A stretch of 64,000 nt of DNA from an uncultured Bacteroidia bacterium (lineage in GTDB: Bacteria > Bacteroidota > Bacteroidia > NS11-12g > UBA9320): assembly GCA_943789165.1 (NCBI GenBank), contig CALSTB010000005.1, forward strand, positions 601,827 to 665,826. The letters are read 5' to 3'. Of this stretch, positions 37,450-47,704 are shown piece after piece (position 1 is the first letter of the stretch; each line of letters starts with the position of its first letter). The position numbers were made by a program, and so were the translations under genes. Below the pieces are notes generated by a model. That model saw only the letters and a list, made by a program, of their open reading frames with translations, did not search any database and was not told where the DNA came from.

Positions 37450-39508
37450 ACAAATTGTACTTGTCTTAAGTTTATTTATTGCGACACTAGTTAGTGCGCA
37501 AGTTGACGTGGTTAAAACGGCTAATCAAGCTGTGGATGGACATCAACTACGAATTGATAAGTATGATGGTAGGGCTAACGACACGGTCAAACTGTTGTCG
37601 CCACTGCAAACACAAGAGGCCACTCACTTGTATCTGCAGACCGTAGATGACATTCAGAAAAACATCAATAACAATAGTAATTATACGCCTTTAGACAAGA
37701 AAAGAAGGTTGAACGACTTGGTGCATATGCTTGAAAAGGTGGACCAATCCAATTTTCATTTGTATACCTCGTTTCAATCTTATTTCAACCTAATACTACG
37801 GATTCAAGAGGTTATAGAAACCAATAGGATCAAGGCCATCTTGAAAAGTGATTTATTGACTGGTTTGAATGTGATTCCGTTTTTTGATGACAAGCCATAT
37901 GCCAACGAAATATTGCAAATGGCTGCCGAGCAATATCCTAGCGTACTGCTAAAGCACTACGGGGACTTTGCTTTTCAATCCTACTCGGCTGATGTGTTAG
38001 AAGCTTTATGTAAAACGGCTCCAGCGCACGTAAGTTTCTATATGGGAACGGCGAATCCAGTGTTTAACGACATGATGAACGTTCAAGGCAAGCCCACTAT
38101 TGATCGTATGATGGAGATCTTCCGTCAAGTTGGTAGTAATTCCAAGGCCTATATTTTCTTACATGATATAAGTGCGTATCAACTCACAACCAAAGAAGCA
38201 CATCAACTGGGTAAAAACAGAGAAGCGACTTTTCGTCATTTGTTACAATTACGTACTCAACCCGACATTCTTGGTGGGTATTCAGTCGATGATGAATTGA
38301 CATACTTAGCCACTAGAAAAGTGAGAGAGATTAATGAGTTACACGAAGAAAGTGACAACATCAGATTTCAACTGTGTGACAGCGGAAATATGTCGGCGCA
38401 GGAATTATATACGTTGATGGTGTATGGAGAAGATGAAGTATACACCTCTACGTTTTTAGGGTTGTTTAAACGGCTAATGACTCGCATGACAGAAGAATCG
38501 TCATATGAGTTTTTACACAATTTAGGACGTAACAAGTACCGCACTTTTGTAAAAATGTGCGCTGCATACAATGAATTACCAACGTTTTTAAACCGTATGA
38601 GTGTATGGGAAAAAAGGTCTCTTTTTAATGCCTTCATCGCTGGATTAGAAACTAAAGCAAATCCATTAAAACAAGCCGTTGCGGTTGCCGATACCTATGG
38701 AAGTATAACAGACGAGGATACTAAGGCCTTGTTTGAAAATGCGCTTAAAAAGGAATATCAACAAGTAAAATGGAAGAACGCAGAAGCCGAGAAGTTATAT
38801 GGCTTATTGCTAGAATTACTACAGATTAATCAAAAATCAGTTGCATTAAACGAAGACTTGACTGGATTGTCGACTGTGGCAAATACCAGTATGATTAAAA
38901 ACGGGGAGCACGTACAGCAGCATTTCTTTTTTGACGATGAAGATGGATGGGCTAGTTATGCTACGTTTATCGCACGGTTTCAAAGACCTGGTTGGACCAT
39001 CATTGACAAGGGACATTACGTCATCATTGAATCGACCGCTGGAAAAAAGGTGAAGATATATGCCAACAAGGCAAAAGACGAATACGACGGTCAGGACGAG
39101 CTACAAGAAGTATTTAAGACGTCAAAGCGGTTTCCTGATGTTGTGGTACATCGAGGACACAGTTACTACGCGCATATTACGATTCAAACCATTACACCGA
39201 ATTCAGATTTGGTAATTCTTGGTTCTTGTGGTGGATATAACAACATTAGTAAGGTGTTGGATTATGCCCCTAATGCTCAGATTATCAGTAGTAAACAAGT
39301 GGGAACGATGTATGTCAATAACGAATTGATCTTTAGTATTTGTGAAACGATTCGAAAAGGCGATGATTTAAATTGGGAGTTGTTGTGGCCCCAAATTGAA
39401 TCGCGTATTCGAAGCAATTCTAAGGCGCAGGAACGTTTCCAAGACTACCTACCACCTCATAAAAACCTCGGTGCCATTCTGATTCGGAATTATCGGCGGA
39501 CTTTGTAA
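37442..39508 (+). CDS. conserved hypothetical secreted protein
   Basis: The ATG at 37442 gives signal peptide MHKQIVLVLSLFIATLVSAQ. The C-terminal region has a His...Cys pattern, VVVHRGHSYY...LVILGSCGGY. Confidence 0.55.
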   Translation: MHKQIVLVLSLFIATLVSAQVDVVKTANQAVDGHQLRIDKYDGRANDTVKLLSPLQTQEATHLYLQTVDDIQKNINNNSNYTPLDKKRRLNDLVHMLEKVDQSNFHLYTSFQSYFNLILRIQEVIETNRIKAILKSDLLTGLNVIPFFDDKPYANEILQMAAEQYPSVLLKHYGDFAFQSYSADVLEALCKTAPAHVSFYMGTANPVFNDMMNVQGKPTIDRMMEIFRQVGSNSKAYIFLHDISAYQLTTKEAHQLGKNREATFRHLLQLRTQPDILGGYSVDDELTYLATRKVREINELHEESDNIRFQLCDSGNMSAQELYTLMVYGEDEVYTSTFLGLFKRLMTRMTEESSYEFLHNLGRNKYRTFVKMCAAYNELPTFLNRMSVWEKRSLFNAFIAGLETKANPLKQAVAVADTYGSITDEDTKALFENALKKEYQQVKWKNAEAEKLYGLLLELLQINQKSVALNEDLTGLSTVANTSMIKNGEHVQQHFFFDDEDGWASYATFIARFQRPGWTIIDKGHYVIIESTAGKKVKIYANKAKDEYDGQDELQEVFKTSKRFPDVVVHRGHSYYAHITIQTITPNSDLVILGSCGGYNNISKVLDYAPNAQIISSKQVGTMYVNNELIFSICETIRKGDDLNWELLWPQIESRIRSNSKAQERFQDYLPPHKNLGAILIRNYRRTL

Positions 39509-39526
39509 GCTACAAATTGGTTTACC

Positions 39527-40813
39527 CTACTGCACAAACGCCTCCAACACCTTCTCCATAGCCATTCCGCGTGAGCCTTTAATCAAAAACCACGTGTTTT
39601 TAAAATGTTGACTTTCAAGATGTTTTACTAGGTCTTCGGTTGTTTTAAACGATACAACATCATTTGAAGCCACTTCGCTAAATTGTTCTCCCGCTACGAT
39701 GATTGGGCATCCGATGGTTTGGGCAAAATCGAGAACAGCTTTGTGCTCCTCAATCGCGTTGGGTCCAATTTCGAACATATCACCTAACAAGACTACTTTG
39801 TTGTTTTTATTAAGAGATTTGAATGTATCTAACGTTGCCATCATGCTGCTTGGGTTGGCGTTATACGCATCCAACATAAAATGATTGGTGCCAATGTCCC
39901 GAATTTCAGATCGGTTGTTGGTTGGACGATAGGCAAGAATGCCTTGTTGTAAATCGTAATTATTTAAGTCGAAGTATGTAGCGACGGCAATGGTTGCCGT
40001 TATGTTTTGCGCATTGTGATTGCCGCTCAATCGTGCATGAACACAGGATCCTTTATACAACATCTCAATCTCTGGGGCAACCTCAATGGTTTCCACATAC
40101 ACATCAGCAGTTTTGTCGATGGTAGAATAGGTATGCTTATGGGTGAGTCTGTGCGACATTCTTTGTAAATAAGGATCGTCTAGGTTTACAAAGGCAAATC
40201 CATCGTGTTTAAAAAGGTAATTGTATAGTTCGCTCTCCTCTCGTGCTACGCCCTCGATGTCGCCAAATCCCTCAAGGTGTTCTTTGCCAATGTTGGTAAT
40301 GATTCCGTAGTTAGGTTCAAGCAATTCACACAGGAAGGCGATTTCACCAAAATTATTGGTGCCAATTTCTATCAGGGCCACTTCTGTGTCTACTTTCATG
40401 TTTAACAAGGTGATAGGTACACCGATGTGGTTGTTAAAATTACCTTTCGTAGCGTGCACTTTTAGTTTTTGCGATAACGTGTTGACTAAAAGCTCCTTTG
40501 TCGTTGTTTTACCATTACTTCCTGCAATTGCAATGATTGGAATGTTAAACTGTTGTCTGTGATGAGTGGCCAATGATTGCATAAAGGCCAAAACATCAGG
40601 AACCTCAATGAATTGGGAGGATTTAGTTTTTAGGTCTTCGTCTACAACAGCGAATGCAGCACCATCTTTGACTGCTTGTTCTGCGTATTCGTTGCCATTA
40701 AAATTGTCTCCTTTTAGCGCAAAAAAGATGTCACCAGGTCGCAAGTCTCTAGTATCTGTACTGAACCGCTGATGTTGCGCCAAAAAGGTTGGGTAAAACT
40801 CGGAAGCCGTCAT
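39527..40813 (-). CDS. murF: UDP-N-acetylmuramoyl-tripeptide--D-alanyl-D-alanine ligase
   Basis: Mur ligase P-loop IAIAGSNGKTTTKE, motif DAYNANPSSM and the overall length. Confidence 0.92.
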   Translation of the reverse strand: MTASEFYPTFLAQHQRFSTDTRDLRPGDIFFALKGDNFNGNEYAEQAVKDGAAFAVVDEDLKTKSSQFIEVPDVLAFMQSLATHHRQQFNIPIIAIAGSNGKTTTKELLVNTLSQKLKVHATKGNFNNHIGVPITLLNMKVDTEVALIEIGTNNFGEIAFLCELLEPNYGIITNIGKEHLEGFGDIEGVAREESELYNYLFKHDGFAFVNLDDPYLQRMSHRLTHKHTYSTIDKTADVYVETIEVAPEIEMLYKGSCVHARLSGNHNAQNITATIAVATYFDLNNYDLQQGILAYRPTNNRSEIRDIGTNHFMLDAYNANPSSMMATLDTFKSLNKNNKVVLLGDMFEIGPNAIEEHKAVLDFAQTIGCPIIVAGEQFSEVASNDVVSFKTTEDLVKHLESQHFKNTWFLIKGSRGMAMEKVLEAFVQ

Positions 40814-40911
40814 GTTGTTATTGTTATTACAAAAGAAGTGAAATTAATAAGATTTGATAACCTACAGACACTCAAGATTTTTTTCAGTTGTATATTGTGC
40901 AACATTATTTT

Positions 40912-43257
40912 ATGTCCAAGCGTCTAACCCAAAATACCAATTTTATGCGTAGTGTTCTAACCATTGTTTTTGCCATTGTTTGCCTTCAGTTTGCGAGTGC
41001 TCAGTCAATTTCATTTGAAGTGATGAGCAATATTGAAGTGAAGGATATGTCAGGGAATACGCTGACTCTGGGTAATCTAGGTGGTTTAAACCAGCCACAG
41101 TTTTACAACCTGGATATCAACAATGATGGCATTCAAGATTTGTTTGTATTTGATCGTAACGGGGGGAAAGTTTCGTCGCTGATAAATGATGGGAAAGGGA
41201 ATTTTACGTATCACCCGGATTTCGATCACATTTATCCTTCAAGATTTACAACTTGGGTGGTTTTTAAAGATTACAATGCAGACGGATTAGCGGATTTGTG
41301 GTTTTTTGATGAAGACACAGATGCTATTTCTTTGTATAAAAACACAACCAAGTCGGGCGACAAACACGCCATGTTTACTGTGCGTGACGCCGATTTAAGA
41401 GCATACAACTTTGGGGATGCACCTTTGGATACAAATGATTTGTACTGTGATAGAACGAATATTCCAGCTATTGAAGATATTGATGGTGATGGAGATATCG
41501 ACTTCATGACACTGCAAACATTGGGTTACGGCATTTCTCTTTTCTTAAACAATTCTGCCGAAGCTGGAAAGCCATTAGATTCAATAGATTTTGAAATCGC
41601 AGACCAATGTTGGGGAGATTTCCAAGAATTTGATGGTTCAAACGAAATATTATTTGAACGCGACCCATTTTGTTTTCATAAAGTATACCGACACAAGAAA
41701 AAACACGCGGGTGGATCTTCTTTGTTGCTGCTAGATAGCGATGGCGACAGTGATATGGACTTAGTATTAGGGAATGCTGGTCTTAATAATCTGAATTTAG
41801 TCATTAACGGAAAAGCCGAGTATGACGTGCGTATCGACTCCATGATTTCTAATGACTCGTTGTTTCCTAGTAATTCCTATCGGGCAGTCACAGACATCTT
41901 CCCAGCAGGCTATTTCCAAGATGTGAACGGTGATGGTATCAAAGATTTGATTGTGGCTGTGAACGCCTTTTCGAAGGCTAGTTACAATTTCCGTGAGGCT
42001 AATAGGATTCTGTATTATGAAAACACAGGGAAAAACGACCATCCAATCTTTAATTTTAAGGATTCTATGTTCATTGACCGGCATATGGTTGACCACGGAG
42101 GTCACACCGCACCAATGTTAGCGGATATGGATGGAGATGGTGATTATGACCTAATACTCGCAACCAATGGTGATTATGGCATTACCAAGGAATTAGCCGA
42201 CTACCTTGTGTATTACGAAAACGTTGGAACTAAAACGGTACCTGTTTTTCAATTGAAAAACGAAGATTATTTGGGATTGAAAAAGGATTCAATCCGACGT
42301 ATGTCGCCTTGCTTAGGCGACTTGAATAGAGACGGCAATCCGGAATTGTTAATGGGTCGTTTGGATGGAACATTAAGTCTATACAACATCGTAGGAAAGG
42401 GCAGTTCAGCAACCGCAAACAAAGTATCAGATAATACGTATGGTATTCAGTTAGACCAAGCAACGATGCCTAACTTGTCAGACGTAGATGGTGATGGATA
42501 TGTCGACTTATTGGTAGGTTCGTACACTGGAAACACCGTGTATTATCGCAATACATCAACTACAGGAGTTCCGGTGTTTGCTAAACAGCAAGACACTATG
42601 GGTGGCGTATTACCTGGTTATTGGAGACTAGAGACTTGGTACAACCCAAAGACAAATGATTTTTACGATACGACGGTTTTTAAGAACATCAATTATGCCG
42701 CTCCAGTTGTTCAAGACTTAGACGGTAATGGTGATCCCGAATTTATCATTGGAGATGAAAGAGGTAAAGTGACCATTTATAGAGATATACGAAGAGGAAA
42801 AATTACCGATTTTGAACACACAGTCGTTGATCCATTTTATCTTTCGCAAACAAACGCCTGTTATGACTATAACTTTGGTGCTTTCGCTAAGCCTGCATTT
42901 GCCGATTTAAACGACGATGGTAAAGTAGACATGGTGGTTGGCACAGAAAGAGGTGGTTTCCAAATTGCGCTTGCATCAGGCAGTTGTAATGTCGGTGTCG
43001 GTTCGTCGCCAAGCAAGTACGTTAAATCCCTACAGCTGTATCCAAATCCAACGACGGGATATATTCATTTTAACGGACTAACGCAAGAAGAAGGACAGTT
43101 AATCATAGTTGACCTTCAGGGACAATTAGTTTATAGTCAGTTGGTTAGTACACAATCAGGGGTTGATGTTTCAGCTTTGGTTGACGGAATCTACGTAGTT
43201 CGTTTAGAAACAAAAGGAGCAACTCACGTTGCGAAATTGATTAAACTCAATAACTAG
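40912..43257 (+). CDS. FG-GAP/VCBS-repeat protein with T9SS C-terminal domain
   Basis: Repeated DxDGDGxxDL calcium-binding loops (DIDGDGDIDF, DSDGDSDMDL, DMDGDGDYDL, DVDGDGYVDL, DLDGNGDPEF). C-terminal LYPNPTTGYIHF...GIYVVRLET. Confidence 0.85.
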   Translation: MSKRLTQNTNFMRSVLTIVFAIVCLQFASAQSISFEVMSNIEVKDMSGNTLTLGNLGGLNQPQFYNLDINNDGIQDLFVFDRNGGKVSSLINDGKGNFTYHPDFDHIYPSRFTTWVVFKDYNADGLADLWFFDEDTDAISLYKNTTKSGDKHAMFTVRDADLRAYNFGDAPLDTNDLYCDRTNIPAIEDIDGDGDIDFMTLQTLGYGISLFLNNSAEAGKPLDSIDFEIADQCWGDFQEFDGSNEILFERDPFCFHKVYRHKKKHAGGSSLLLLDSDGDSDMDLVLGNAGLNNLNLVINGKAEYDVRIDSMISNDSLFPSNSYRAVTDIFPAGYFQDVNGDGIKDLIVAVNAFSKASYNFREANRILYYENTGKNDHPIFNFKDSMFIDRHMVDHGGHTAPMLADMDGDGDYDLILATNGDYGITKELADYLVYYENVGTKTVPVFQLKNEDYLGLKKDSIRRMSPCLGDLNRDGNPELLMGRLDGTLSLYNIVGKGSSATANKVSDNTYGIQLDQATMPNLSDVDGDGYVDLLVGSYTGNTVYYRNTSTTGVPVFAKQQDTMGGVLPGYWRLETWYNPKTNDFYDTTVFKNINYAAPVVQDLDGNGDPEFIIGDERGKVTIYRDIRRGKITDFEHTVVDPFYLSQTNACYDYNFGAFAKPAFADLNDDGKVDMVVGTERGGFQIALASGSCNVGVGSSPSKYVKSLQLYPNPTTGYIHFNGLTQEEGQLIIVDLQGQLVYSQLVSTQSGVDVSALVDGIYVVRLETKGATHVAKLIKLNN

Positions 43258-43304
43258 TTTTTTATAACCCAAATTTTGACAACTTTGCGTGAAAATCAGC
43301 AGGA

Positions 43305-44543
43305 TTGTCAAGTACTACACATGTACAGGTTGCCATAATAGGAGCAGGGCCAGCAGGCACTACTCTATCAATGGGATTGACAAAAAACAAGATTACACAC
43401 GCCCTTATTGATAAAGACACATTTCCGCGGGATAAAATATGCGGAGATGCCTTGAGCGGAAAAGTGGTGTATGCACTCAATCGAGTAAAACCAGACGTTG
43501 TCGAACAAATTGCAGCTGGAACGGAAGCATTCCTGCCAAGTTGGGGCATCTCCTTTATTGCGCCTAACGGCAAACGACTAGACATTCCATTTACCACAGA
43601 TAAAACAAAAGTCCAGCAAGCACCAGGATTTATCGCGACACGAGAGGATTTTGACAGTTTGATGGTGGATAATACACCGAGTGAGTACTGTAGATTGCTT
43701 TTGGGTCATGCAGTTAAATCTACTCAAATCACTCCAAACAAAGTATTTATTGAAATGTCGGATGGCCAACACCTAACGGCTGATGTTGTGGTCGACTGTT
43801 CTGGCGTACGATCAGATCTAGCAAAAGACCATGGTATAGAAATGGACTTGAACCATTACTGCGCCGGTTTGAGGCAGTACTATGAAGGAGTGGAGGGTTT
43901 AAGTGAGGAAGGTTACATCGAGTTACATTTTATAAATGACGTGCTTCCAGGTTATTTCTGGATTTTTCCGATGACAAATGGCCGTGTAAATTTTGGCGTA
44001 GGCATGTTGAGTGCAAGTGTGTCAAAACACAAAGTGAATTTAAAAGACATGTTACACCGCATTGTCACAACCCATCCAGTAATCAGTAAGCGGTTTGCGA
44101 ATGCAAAAGCCTTGGAGTCTGTAAAAGGGTGGGGGTTACCACTGGGTTCAAAGAAAAGGCAGCTTCATTTTGATAGGTTGTTGTTTTGTGGTGACGCAGC
44201 CTCGTTGATTGATCCTTTTACAGGTGAAGGCATTGGAAATGCCATGATTAGTGCCAAATACGCAGCCGATGTTTTGACCGACGCTTTAGCTGCAAACGAC
44301 TTTTCAGAGAAGTCATTACAAACCTATACAGACCAAGTCTACCATCATTTATGGCCTGAATTAAGCATGAGTCACCAATTACAGAAAATGGTAAAATACC
44401 TGTGGTTATTCAACTTTGTGGCGAACAAAGGCTTGAAAAGTAAAGAGTTTAAAATTCTACTAACTTCGATGTTTGAAAACGTTGATTTAAGAAAAAAGTT
44501 TAAAGACCCTAGATTTTATTTCCGACTATTATTTAATAGATAA
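43305..44543 (+). CDS. geranylgeranyl reductase-family FAD-dependent oxidoreductase
   Basis: VAIIGAGPAGTT Rossmann motif, KICGDAL and a GDAASLIDPFTGEGIGNAM motif. TTG start. Confidence 0.78.
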   Translation: MSSTTHVQVAIIGAGPAGTTLSMGLTKNKITHALIDKDTFPRDKICGDALSGKVVYALNRVKPDVVEQIAAGTEAFLPSWGISFIAPNGKRLDIPFTTDKTKVQQAPGFIATREDFDSLMVDNTPSEYCRLLLGHAVKSTQITPNKVFIEMSDGQHLTADVVVDCSGVRSDLAKDHGIEMDLNHYCAGLRQYYEGVEGLSEEGYIELHFINDVLPGYFWIFPMTNGRVNFGVGMLSASVSKHKVNLKDMLHRIVTTHPVISKRFANAKALESVKGWGLPLGSKKRQLHFDRLLFCGDAASLIDPFTGEGIGNAMISAKYAADVLTDALAANDFSEKSLQTYTDQVYHHLWPELSMSHQLQKMVKYLWLFNFVANKGLKSKEFKILLTSMFENVDLRKKFKDPRFYFRLLFNR

Positions 44544-44548
44544 AAGAC

Positions 44549-45238
44549 ATGACAGAGCTCGTTCCATTTTACATCAGTCTAAGTTTTATTGCCATTACGC
44601 TTTTCACCATTATCGCTTTTTATCGGGCTACTAATAGGAATAAAGGCGTATTGTTAATTGTGTTGGTGTTGGCATTAATTCAAGCTGTCTTGAGTCAAAG
44701 AGGGTTCTACTTGGTAACTAATGCCATTTCTCCTAGATTGGTGTTTATCCTCTTACCAAGTGTTGTTTTAATCCTTTTGGCGTTTTTCACAAAGGCAGGG
44801 AAGAAGGCAATTAATAGCTTCAATATGGAACAGTATGCGTATTTGCATACAGTTCGAGTAGGCGTAGAAATCGTTTTGTATTACCTGTTTATTTATTCGT
44901 TAATTCCTGAATCAATGACGTTTAGTGGTAGAAACTTCGATATACTGGCAGGTCTAACGGCTCCATTTGTAGCATACTATGGGTATAATAAAGGAAAGTT
45001 GAGTGATACCTTTCTATTGGTTTGGAACTGGGTTTGTCTCATCCTTGTGTCTCAAGTAGTCATAACTGGGATTTTATCGGCACCAACCCCGTTTCAGCAG
45101 TTGTCTTTGAATGAGCCCAATACAGGGATATTATACTTCCCGTTTGTTTGGTTGCCTGGTATAGTTGTTCCGCTTGTTATGTTAGGTCATATGGTGGCTA
45201 TCAAGAAATTAAATCAAAAGAAGAAAAGTAAGTTATAA
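44549..45238 (+). CDS. polytopic membrane protein of unknown function
   Basis: About 7 hydrophobic helices. I recognise no motif. Confidence 0.5.
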   Translation: MTELVPFYISLSFIAITLFTIIAFYRATNRNKGVLLIVLVLALIQAVLSQRGFYLVTNAISPRLVFILLPSVVLILLAFFTKAGKKAINSFNMEQYAYLHTVRVGVEIVLYYLFIYSLIPESMTFSGRNFDILAGLTAPFVAYYGYNKGKLSDTFLLVWNWVCLILVSQVVITGILSAPTPFQQLSLNEPNTGILYFPFVWLPGIVVPLVMLGHMVAIKKLNQKKKSKL

Positions 45239-45277
45239 TATAATTTACTAAATTTGTTTAACAATAAGCAATATTAG

Positions 45278-46171
45278 TTGAACAATATAGCAACACGATT
45301 TACGATTAAAGACCTTGAAAATCTTTCAGGGATTAAAGCCCATACAATTCGAATATGGGAAAAAAGGTACGGTATATTAACCCCAGAAAGATCAGATTCA
45401 AATATCAGATACTATAACTCTGCCAATTTAAAAAAGCTATTAAATGTTACCCTGTTGTATAACGCGGGACATAAGATTTCGAAAATTGCAGAACTCACGG
45501 AGGAAGCATTAAGCCAAACAGTTGTTGATCATATTTCTAAAGGTGGAGATGATTCCGGTTACATGGATGCTCTGATACTCGCTATGATTAATTTTGATCA
45601 AGCGCAATTTGAACAAACCTTTAATCGACTTATAGCAGAATTTTCATTTAGGCATGTGTTTCTAGATGTCTTTGTGCCTTTGCTGTTTCGCATAGGCATT
45701 CACTGGCAATCGGATAATATAACTCCTGCCCATGAGCATTTTATATCTAACCTGATCAAACAAAAGCTGCAAATAAGTATTGAAAGGGTGCAACAAACGG
45801 TACCCAAAACGAATGGGGTAGTGTATGTTTTGTTTTTGCCAGACAATGAAATTCATGAATTGGGATTGTTGTATTTGCAATATGAATTGCTGCTGCGCGG
45901 CAAGCACGTTATTTACTTAGGTCAAAGTGTTCCGATGGATAATTTATTAGCGTTGCAATCTGTTTTCAAGAAGATTACGTTTATCAGTTACTTTACAATT
46001 AAGCCTGCGGCTGACGAAGTAGACATGTATTTGGAACAATTTAGTCGTATATTGCTGAACAATCGGAAAGACAGTTTATTGATCACGGGTCGCATTGTTC
46101 ACAACAAATTAGAAATGCCGCCAAATGTCAAAATGTTTAACGATTTGAACGAAATGGTAAACAAAATTTGA
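45278..46171 (+). CDS. MerR-family regulator with C-terminal B12-binding-like domain (CarH/LitR-type)
   Basis: N-terminal MerR HTH (FTIKDLENLSGIKAHTIRIWEKRYGIL). C-terminal VVYVLFLPDNEIHELGLLYL...GKHVIYLGQSVP resembles the ExHxxG B12-binding motif. Confidence 0.75.
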   Translation: MNNIATRFTIKDLENLSGIKAHTIRIWEKRYGILTPERSDSNIRYYNSANLKKLLNVTLLYNAGHKISKIAELTEEALSQTVVDHISKGGDDSGYMDALILAMINFDQAQFEQTFNRLIAEFSFRHVFLDVFVPLLFRIGIHWQSDNITPAHEHFISNLIKQKLQISIERVQQTVPKTNGVVYVLFLPDNEIHELGLLYLQYELLLRGKHVIYLGQSVPMDNLLALQSVFKKITFISYFTIKPAADEVDMYLEQFSRILLNNRKDSLLITGRIVHNKLEMPPNVKMFNDLNEMVNKI

Positions 46172-46219
46172 ATATTTCTTGTAGTTTTGTTTAAAGTTTC
46201 GTTTTTTTGCTTAAACAAA

Positions 46220-47704
46220 ATGAAAAAGGTATTTATAATAGGTTCTGGTTTTTCATCTCTCTCTGCAGCATGTTATTTGGCTCAATCTGGTTGTTGCGTT
46301 GAGGTATTTGAGAAGAACGACTCCTTAGGGGGGCGAGCCCGTGTCTTTAGCGATGCTGGTTTTACCTTCGATATGGGACCTAGTTGGTATTGGATGCCTG
46401 ATGTTTTCGATAAGTTTTTCAATGATTTCGGGAAAAAGACGTCTGACTATTACGAGTTAATCCGTTTAGACCCTGCCTATAAAGTCTTTTTTAAGGACCA
46501 AGAAACGGTTGAAATTCCCGGGTCAATCCAAGACATATACGATTTGTTTGAGTCAATCGAGGTTGGATCTGCAGCCAAGCTGAAAAGATTTATTACAAGC
46601 GCGGAGTTTAACTACAAAGCGTCAATGGATGAGTTGGTCTATCGACCTGGTAACTCAATTATGGAATTGGTAACACCACAGACAGTTTCAAGGATAAACC
46701 AGTTTTTTGCTAGCATTCGATCCACCATCCGAAAGGAGTTTACCAACCCAAAGTTGGTGAAAATATTAGAATTTCCTGTATTGTTTTTGGGCGCTAAACC
46801 TGAAGCGACTCCTGCGTTTTACAACTTCATGAACTACGCAGATTTGGTACTAGGAACTTGGTACCCAAAAGGAGGGATGTATAAAATTGTTGAAGCGATG
46901 GTCGACTTGGGAAAAAGCCTTGGTGTAACATATCATACCAACAGCACTATTGACGAAATCTTGGTAGAAGGGGAAAAGGCCGTTGGACTTTCAATTAATA
47001 ATAAGAAATGTTATGCCGATACAATATTAAGCGGAGCAGATTATCATCATACTGAAACCCTACTACCACAAAAGTGTAGAACGTATTCTGAAACCTATTG
47101 GGAAAAACGGACGTTTGCTCCATCGGCTTTGATTTTTTACGTTGGGTTCGACAAAAAAGTTGAAAATGTAAGACATCATTGTCTGTTCTTCGATGAAGAT
47201 TTTGATCAACACGCTGTACAGATTTATGATAATCCGGAATGGCCTGATAAGCCACTTTTTTATACTTGTTTTCCAAGCGTAACTGACGAATCAGTAGCAC
47301 CTAAAGGAAAGGAGAATGCCTTCTTTCTCATTCCACTAGCTCCTGGTATTGAGGATAGTCAGGACAAACGAGATCAGTATTTCAACAAAGTTATGTTGCG
47401 ATTGGAGCAACAAACAAATCAATCGCTAAAAGAACATGTAGTGTACAAAAAGTCATTTTGTCTGAATGATTTTAAAGCAGACTACAATTCATATAAAGGT
47501 AATGCTTATGGTATGGCAAACACCTTGCGACAAACGGCATTTTTAAGACCAAAAATTAAGAGCAAAAAAGTAGAACAGCTTTATTTTACTGGACAATTAA
47601 CCGTTCCAGGACCTGGAGTACCACCTGCATTGATATCAGGTAAAATATCGTCTGAACAGATTTTAAAACACACACTGAATGAACTTACACATGAAACAAT
47701 TTGA
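46220..47704 (+). CDS. crtI: phytoene desaturase
   Basis: FAD motif VFIIGSGFSSLSAA and the C-terminal carotenoid desaturase signature LYFTGQLTVPGPGVPPALISG. Confidence 0.92.
   Translation: MKKVFIIGSGFSSLSAACYLAQSGCCVEVFEKNDSLGGRARVFSDAGFTFDMGPSWYWMPDVFDKFFNDFGKKTSDYYELIRLDPAYKVFFKDQETVEIPGSIQDIYDLFESIEVGSAAKLKRFITSAEFNYKASMDELVYRPGNSIMELVTPQTVSRINQFFASIRSTIRKEFTNPKLVKILEFPVLFLGAKPEATPAFYNFMNYADLVLGTWYPKGGMYKIVEAMVDLGKSLGVTYHTNSTIDEILVEGEKAVGLSINNKKCYADTILSGADYHHTETLLPQKCRTYSETYWEKRTFAPSALIFYVGFDKKVENVRHHCLFFDEDFDQHAVQIYDNPEWPDKPLFYTCFPSVTDESVAPKGKENAFFLIPLAPGIEDSQDKRDQYFNKVMLRLEQQTNQSLKEHVVYKKSFCLNDFKADYNSYKGNAYGMANTLRQTAFLRPKIKSKKVEQLYFTGQLTVPGPGVPPALISGKISSEQILKHTLNELTHETI

Noticed and set aside
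44549-45238. 229-aa polytopic membrane protein as the missing fused heterodimeric-type lycopene cyclase (CrtYcd)
   Set aside because: Size and topology fit, but I cannot find the conserved PxE(E/D) motifs of that family. Left as unknown, and mentioned only as a candidate for testing.
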